A stretch of 64,000 nt of DNA from Macrostomum lignano. Lineage: Eukaryota. Numbering within the stretch: the first letter of the stretch is position 1; each line of letters starts with the position of its first letter. The DNA lies in assembly GCA_002269645.1 (NCBI GenBank), contig NIVC01003264.1, positions 1 through 64,000 on the forward strand. The letters run 5' to 3'. Below are positions 58,325-64,000 of the stretch, piece by piece. The notes under the pieces were generated by a model. The model saw only the letters and a list, made by a program, of their open reading frames with translations, did no database searches and had not been told where the DNA came from. A program made the translations under genes and the position numbers.

Positions 58325-61300
58325 TTCAAGCTCTTTGAGAACTGGTTTTAGTATCCGACTCAAACCAGACTGAGACGGATAAAGTATAGGGAACAAAAAC
58401 TTAAGGAGCCCAAGAACCACTGTAGTATAAAGCACGACTGTATAAGCTGTTAAAAAAGCTAGACGAGTGAGGAAACAGATCAGCTTCTCTGTTTGAACTG
58501 ACTGGGTCTAGGAAAAAGCACGCTTCTTATACTGTTCGTGTTACCCATCCCTCTTGTACAGGGACCAGTGTGCCTTCAGTCTAGAAACAGGCTACTTAGA
58601 TGTACAGTTTTGTTTCTTTTTCTGCCCTAGTCGGCTGAATCTTTTAATAAGCATTGCTTACCATGCCGACCGGAACGGAGAGAAAAAATATCCATGGCTC
58701 AGTCAGAAGCCAAATAGTCTATGGTAAGCACGGCTAAAAAAGTAATTAAATAAAAAGTTATAAGAAATCATGCATACGCATGCACTTCCTCAACAACCAC
58801 AGAGCAGAGAAGCCACCATGCTAGAAGACGAAGACGTTGTTAGCAAAGCCTCGCAGACGACAAGTTGGCGGACACTGCTGGGCGTTTTCTGCGCGGCTGC
58901 CGTTGTAGGATTCTGCGCTACCTCTGCGATCCTCATGCTGATGTCGCGGACTCGAGGAGCTGCGGGTGTTGCGAATTGAACTGCTGCCGGAAGTCCCCAG
59001 CTGGCATGTGAGCTGAACGAAAGTCGATTGACATGCTCCACGCCACAGTTGGTCATTCTGCAGACAAAATGATTGCCGATGGCAAGCATATTCGTTTATC
59101 CATTCCTCTGTTGCGTGCATGTGATACACAAATGATACTCACACGATTTCATATTTTACCGTACGACATCAATATGATTCAATCATTCTAACATGTCTCG
59201 TCTATGAATCACTTCCCCGTAAAGCAATCTCACGTCTGAGAAGACGTTTTCAACGTCCTGTGTGCGACGTCGATTACTTTATTAAGAACAAAGTACTTTT
59301 GCAGGACTTTCGATTTTCAACCGACGTTAGCTAAGGTACCTAAGACGGGGAAAAACAACTTATCTGCACAAAAAAAGAAAAAAAGATGTTTTTGTGCATC
59401 TGAATCCGTCATGAGTGTAATGTAGAAAAATACCCATTTACAATGGAATCGAATTAGTCTAACCGTAGTATCCCTTGCTAAATCTCTAAATATCCGGAAC
59501 TGTCCCCTGCCAGCTGGTACAAAATAATTGCAGTCACAGGTAAATTACTCGTAAGAACATATCTCTAGGTTCTACATTCATCTACGTGTCTACATATGCG
59601 AGGCTCGTGCATGTACTACAAGTAAAATAGCTATATACAGTCCTGAAAAATTCCCTCTAGCAAAACATCAGGTCAATGCTTCGAGTGAACTACATGTCCG
59701 AAATGTGTACACTTCGTATCCATATAGTATGTTTAAATACAGTTTGACAACATTGGCAAGTATCTCCGGTAAAGCAGATGGAGTTTATCGTTAATAAGTA
59801 TGCGCTCTCGTACAAGACCGAGAGCGCAGGTTAGCCAGTGTATAGAAATAGTTTACAATGCATTCAGGTACAGGACACAGGACACACCTAAAGGAATTGA
59901 GATGAGGCTGCTAAAATCGTGGATACGGAGAATAAAGTGAAAACCCTGCATGCTCGCTCAAAAACTAATTTAAGTTATTGCGCGTAAGAGAAATTATAAT
60001 TAAATGTGTATATGCGCAGGTACTTGCTTAAGTTGTCCATGGCGAAGCAGCCACCACATAGGAATAATAAATGACTAATTTGCTTAGCTAGCACTGTTCT
60101 ACATCTATAAATAGCTGTGAGACTCAGCGCTGCAGTGATCAAGTGGGCCCCGATGGCGCATTCTTGACATAAAATTCTAGAAACAAGCGGGACACGCCCG
60201 AGGCTTTCGCCAAGAAAGAAAATCACTGCCAGCAGACGAAACGGTGGCTAGTAAGCCTCGTCGACGACCAATTGGCAGATCCCGCTGGTTGTCTTCGGTA
60301 TGGCTGCAGCTGCCGGCTTCTGCGCAACGTCATTGTGCATCATTCTGTTGTCTCGGACTCAAGCGTCTATACAGACCTGACCTGCAGAGGGTCGAGTTCA
60401 CTCTTCCAAGTTCCACAAAGTCGAAAGTTTTACGTCTCGGCGCGGACGACGTGGTCCTAGCTGAAGTGACCTTACATGTACATGCCCGGATTTGTCTGCC
60501 GTTACCAACACAGGACTTTACCTCCAGCTGGTGTCACAAATGCTTTACCGAAGTCGGTATGATATTGAAAATCTCCTCTCATCCTTTGACCCTACGTATT
60601 TTCGGTTCTCTCTCAGTACATACAGTATACATACAAGGGTACTATCCTACATATTAAATAATTTTTCCTCAAATTGTTTTCATCAAACATTTGATGCGAA
60701 TAGTTTAATATTAAAAAAATAAGAAGACTAAAATTATGACTAACATGATAAGATCGAACTATTGAAGTTATCGAAACAGGCTAATTTTCATTTTGTTTTA
60801 TTCTTTCAAAAATTAAATTGTTTTTGTTTTACTTAAAGTAGTGTGCTTTAAAAATGAATATTTAGAATAGCTCTTGATTTTATGCGCAAATTGTCTGCAT
60901 GCGGGTTGGGCTTGTCTTGGGGCAAATATCAAGGACAACTTAAGCAGATATGTATGTTACTTAAGTAGTCCTTGGCAAATCTACTGTTAATTGTTCGGAA
61001 AAAGGAAAGGTTATTGATTCACAGATATAGTTAGCTTAGCTACATAAGTACCACATAGTACTGCTAAATAATATATTCTGTACTGTTGTTTACTTTAATA
61101 AATTTCTTTGGTGCACAAAACTGCACAGAATATTTACCGTAAACTCGAAACACGGGTTCGTGCTGCCTTACTTTCCTCTGAAACAAAAATTCCGCGATCC
61201 GCAAAACCAAAAATTCCACTTGAAAGAAGGGCATGCCAGCATGCAACCAGAAGTAGAAAGTGACAATAGCTTAAATAGCTTACTTTTTTCTGGCTGGCTT

Positions 61301-62507
61301 CCATATCCACAGTATTGTCTAAGAATGGGCCAAAACTTGGATAGCTTTAGCAACGCAGATACGACATTTCATACGACTGCAAGGCTAACAGGATGCATCG
61401 CAACACGGTCAAAATTGCAATGAGTGTACAACAAGCAAACGAAACGTCAGTCATATTATCCTGTGCGTGTAGGTTCTCACGTTTTGTTTTTATGTCCCCA
61501 GCTGTTTGACCTTTTCTACAGTCTGTTCGTTCGCGACGTCGATTAATTCAAAAACAAAAATAGACAGAAAAATATTTGAAAAATGACCAATCCTTGCTTA
61601 TCCTTAGTCGCGGTAAATTGAATTCATCCCGTGAGTGCGCGCTCTCCTGTGCAGCAGCTGGGCTGCAAGCTGTGGCATCGAAGACTGCCGTCATGATCCT
61701 TTAACTTTAACTTTAACAGCAGCTGCGCCCGTGACATTTTACTTCGATGCAGGTCGCCAAGATCCTTTATACTCCCGTTCCTTGCTTAATCTTGTCCATA
61801 TAGAATGTAGCCAACAATTTTCTACCGGAGAGTGAGTGTTGTGGACTTTCATTATCTTGTGCAGCAGGAAAAGTCGCGCAAGGCTGAAGCATCCACTTTG
61901 CTGAACTCGTAGATGATCTAGATTGACTCCGCGCGGCCGTCTGCCGTCCTTGCAGCGCATTTGCATTTGATTTCCCGGACTTGCTATGCCACGCTGAACC
62001 CGACACCCGCTGCTGGCCCGCGAACAAATATGCTAATTTCGTGGGAGAGTCAATATATATTCTGCTACAGTCAACAAATCACGCGACTCGGTTAATTTTT
62101 GCAGTTTCGATTCTCAAATTTATTTCCGGGCTTCAGAAACTTTTGCCTTTCTTCCACTATCAATCACAGATTTGCCAACAACATTAAAAAGTGTTTAATC
62201 ATTTTTCTGACTAAAACTAAAGCAGAAACCATTCGCTTTGTCGCAAAACCTTGATATCGAACTTATAATTTAGCGGTGAAAATGTCCGTGGAATAATTAT
62301 GTTAAAATTCACTACTAGTTTGAAATTGACTACAAAACAAGTTGTTTTGAAATTACAGAAAATTTAACAAAGAATAGAAGAGAACTATCTGCAATATTAG
62401 TGAACTCGAGATACAATCAAACGAGTCTATGTCCATACGAGCTGAAGAGTCTTATCTTTAGACAGCCAATTATTGTCCTTTCAAAGCCATTTGTCTTCTT
62501 CAAGAAT

Positions 62508-63848
62508 CTACAATTTCAAAGGCAGCAGGCTCAGAAAAAGCGTCAGGGCCAGCGAAGTCAGCAGCTGAGGCGCCTGAACGCAGAGTTGAGCTGCCCCGCT
62601 GACCTGACAGAGCTCCCGGTTGCCATCATGGCAGGTCAACTGGTGAATGGCGATGCCAAGTGGCCAACTGGCTGAGTAGCCCCTGATGCTGTCCGTGATT
62701 AAGAGCGTTTGATTATCCGCGAACCTGTAGCCTTCGGTAAGCAGAGTTACCACGTAGACACTGTTCATGCAGAGGTACGGCTCGTACTGACCAGTGACTG
62801 GTGGATTGACGCACACTGCCCGAGCTGCTTGGGCTAGTTCGCCGACTTTGACGTTCCCTGGAACCGAGCTGGACAAGAAGCCTGTTCTATTTAACATAAA
62901 GGCAGTGTAGTAGAAGGAGCTGATGGCCACAAAGTTGCCCACTCTGACCCCGGGCGGTTGGTGCACGGGCACGATACGCAGCGGGATGCGAGCGATCTCA
63001 GAGCACAGACGGTGCCGATCGGAGCCGGCGATGCCAGCTTCGCCTCCCACGTTGATTGAAACTGTGCCAAAGCTGAAGGTGGACCGGTAGGCCGGGTTAA
63101 GGCATGGCGAGGTGTACAGGTCCTTATTTGGTTCGCTACTGTTGTGGCCGAACATGTATAGAGCGGCCTGTGACATACCCAAGCCGAGGTAGCTGTGCTG
63201 GTGTAGGACGTAAGACTTTCCGCGAACGGTTTTGAACACCTTGCGATATTTGTCGTTCGCGTTGTCAGTTTTGGGCACAAAGGTGATCTGTGTAGAGCCG
63301 CCGCCGAGGTCCAGCATGCCGAAAGTTTCACCGCCGGGCTTATCGAAGGAATCCATGAGGAAGTTGACGGCTACCCAACCAAATTCTGCCTCTTCCTGGC
63401 CGCTGATGACGCGCACAGCACGCTTATCAGTGCTGGGCACCAGGAAGCTGGACCGACGGAGAATCTCGGCAACAGCGCGGACGACACGGTCTCGCTGTTC
63501 AGGCGTCAGCAGGCGCAGGCCAGCCGTGGCGCGCACGATGACGCTAGTTTCGGCGTGGTACTTAGTGGGAACTTTCTCAGTAGCAAATTCCATCAACGGC
63601 TTGAGGTTCTCACGAAGTCGGGGAAGTGCATTAGGAAAGGCCGATAGGCCGGGATTGACTTTCTCCTCCTCGAGGCTCTCGATGCGCAGACCAGTGGAGT
63701 GGCTGAAGTCGGTGCGGAATGAAAACACATTGATGCGGGTCCCCGTGCTGCCGGCGTCAAGCACCAGAATGTACTTCTTATTGGACGAAACAAGAGGCGC
63801 TGCTGTCGGCAGCAGGAGCAGCATCGGCAGGATCTTCGGCAGCAGCAT
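62508..63848 (-). CDS. GDA1/CD39-family NTPDase (apyrase), ENTPD5/6-like, intronless (446 aa from ATG 63848)
   Basis: ACR1 DAGSTGTR, ACR2 ATAGLRLL, ACR3 ISGQEEAEFGW, ACR4 DLGGGSTQI and ACR5 SWPLG. N-terminal signal peptide and hydrophobic C-terminal tail. The track start at 63887 is a TTG. Confidence 0.95.
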   Translation of the reverse strand: MLLPKILPMLLLLPTAAPLVSSNKKYILVLDAGSTGTRINVFSFRTDFSHSTGLRIESLEEEKVNPGLSAFPNALPRLRENLKPLMEFATEKVPTKYHAETSVIVRATAGLRLLTPEQRDRVVRAVAEILRRSSFLVPSTDKRAVRVISGQEEAEFGWVAVNFLMDSFDKPGGETFGMLDLGGGSTQITFVPKTDNANDKYRKVFKTVRGKSYVLHQHSYLGLGMSQAALYMFGHNSSEPNKDLYTSPCLNPAYRSTFSFGTVSINVGGEAGIAGSDRHRLCSEIARIPLRIVPVHQPPGVRVGNFVAISSFYYTAFMLNRTGFLSSSVPGNVKVGELAQAARAVCVNPPVTGQYEPYLCMNSVYVVTLLTEGYRFADNQTLLITDSIRGYSASWPLGIAIHQLTCHDGNRELCQVSGAAQLCVQAPQLLTSLALTLFLSLLPLKL

Positions 63849-64000
63849 CTTTGCTGTGTAGAGAAAGTTTCTTTCGAAAACGTCCAATGCAGTTGAATTT
63901 AGCTAAGCGTTCGGTACAACATATGAACGCATTCCATTGGCCAGGCAATTCCCTGCCACTGCGCCTCTCTGTGAATGGACCAAAGTCATTGCAAATTTCC

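Noticed and set aside
60244-62187. Several short ORFs between the piggyBac relic and the NTPDase
   Set aside because: No recognisable motifs, consistent splice structure or clear coding bias.

Overview
Eukaryotic (animal) genomic DNA, not prokaryotic. It has spliceosomal introns, GC-rich Ala/Gln-rich and often intronless ORFs, and roughly a fifth of the window is tandem repeat. This style suggests a free-living flatworm such as Macrostomum (inference only). Supported genes: a 9-exon HDHD5/CECR5-type HAD hydrolase with one GC-AG intron; a 2-exon orphan type I membrane protein; an intronless Shaker/Kv1 channel with a 3-residue S4 deletion and a polar S6 gate; a 2-exon WSC+PAN secreted protein; an HMG20-like coiled-coil protein with no HMG box; an MTFR1/FAM54 protein; a MyTH4-FERM (PLEKHH/MAX-1-like) protein without PH domains; and an NTPDase with a signal peptide and a GPI-like tail. 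There is also a partial gene of unknown function at the left edge. Mobile or viral DNA: two tRNA-derived SINE families (one CORE-like), nested TIR elements, MITEs, a Penelope-like relic with a decayed hammerhead ribozyme inside a sharply CpG-depleted 3 kb island, a decayed adintovirus/Maverick major capsid gene, and a piggyBac transposase relic. No CRISPR array. All family assignments come from motif recognition by eye; no searches were run.
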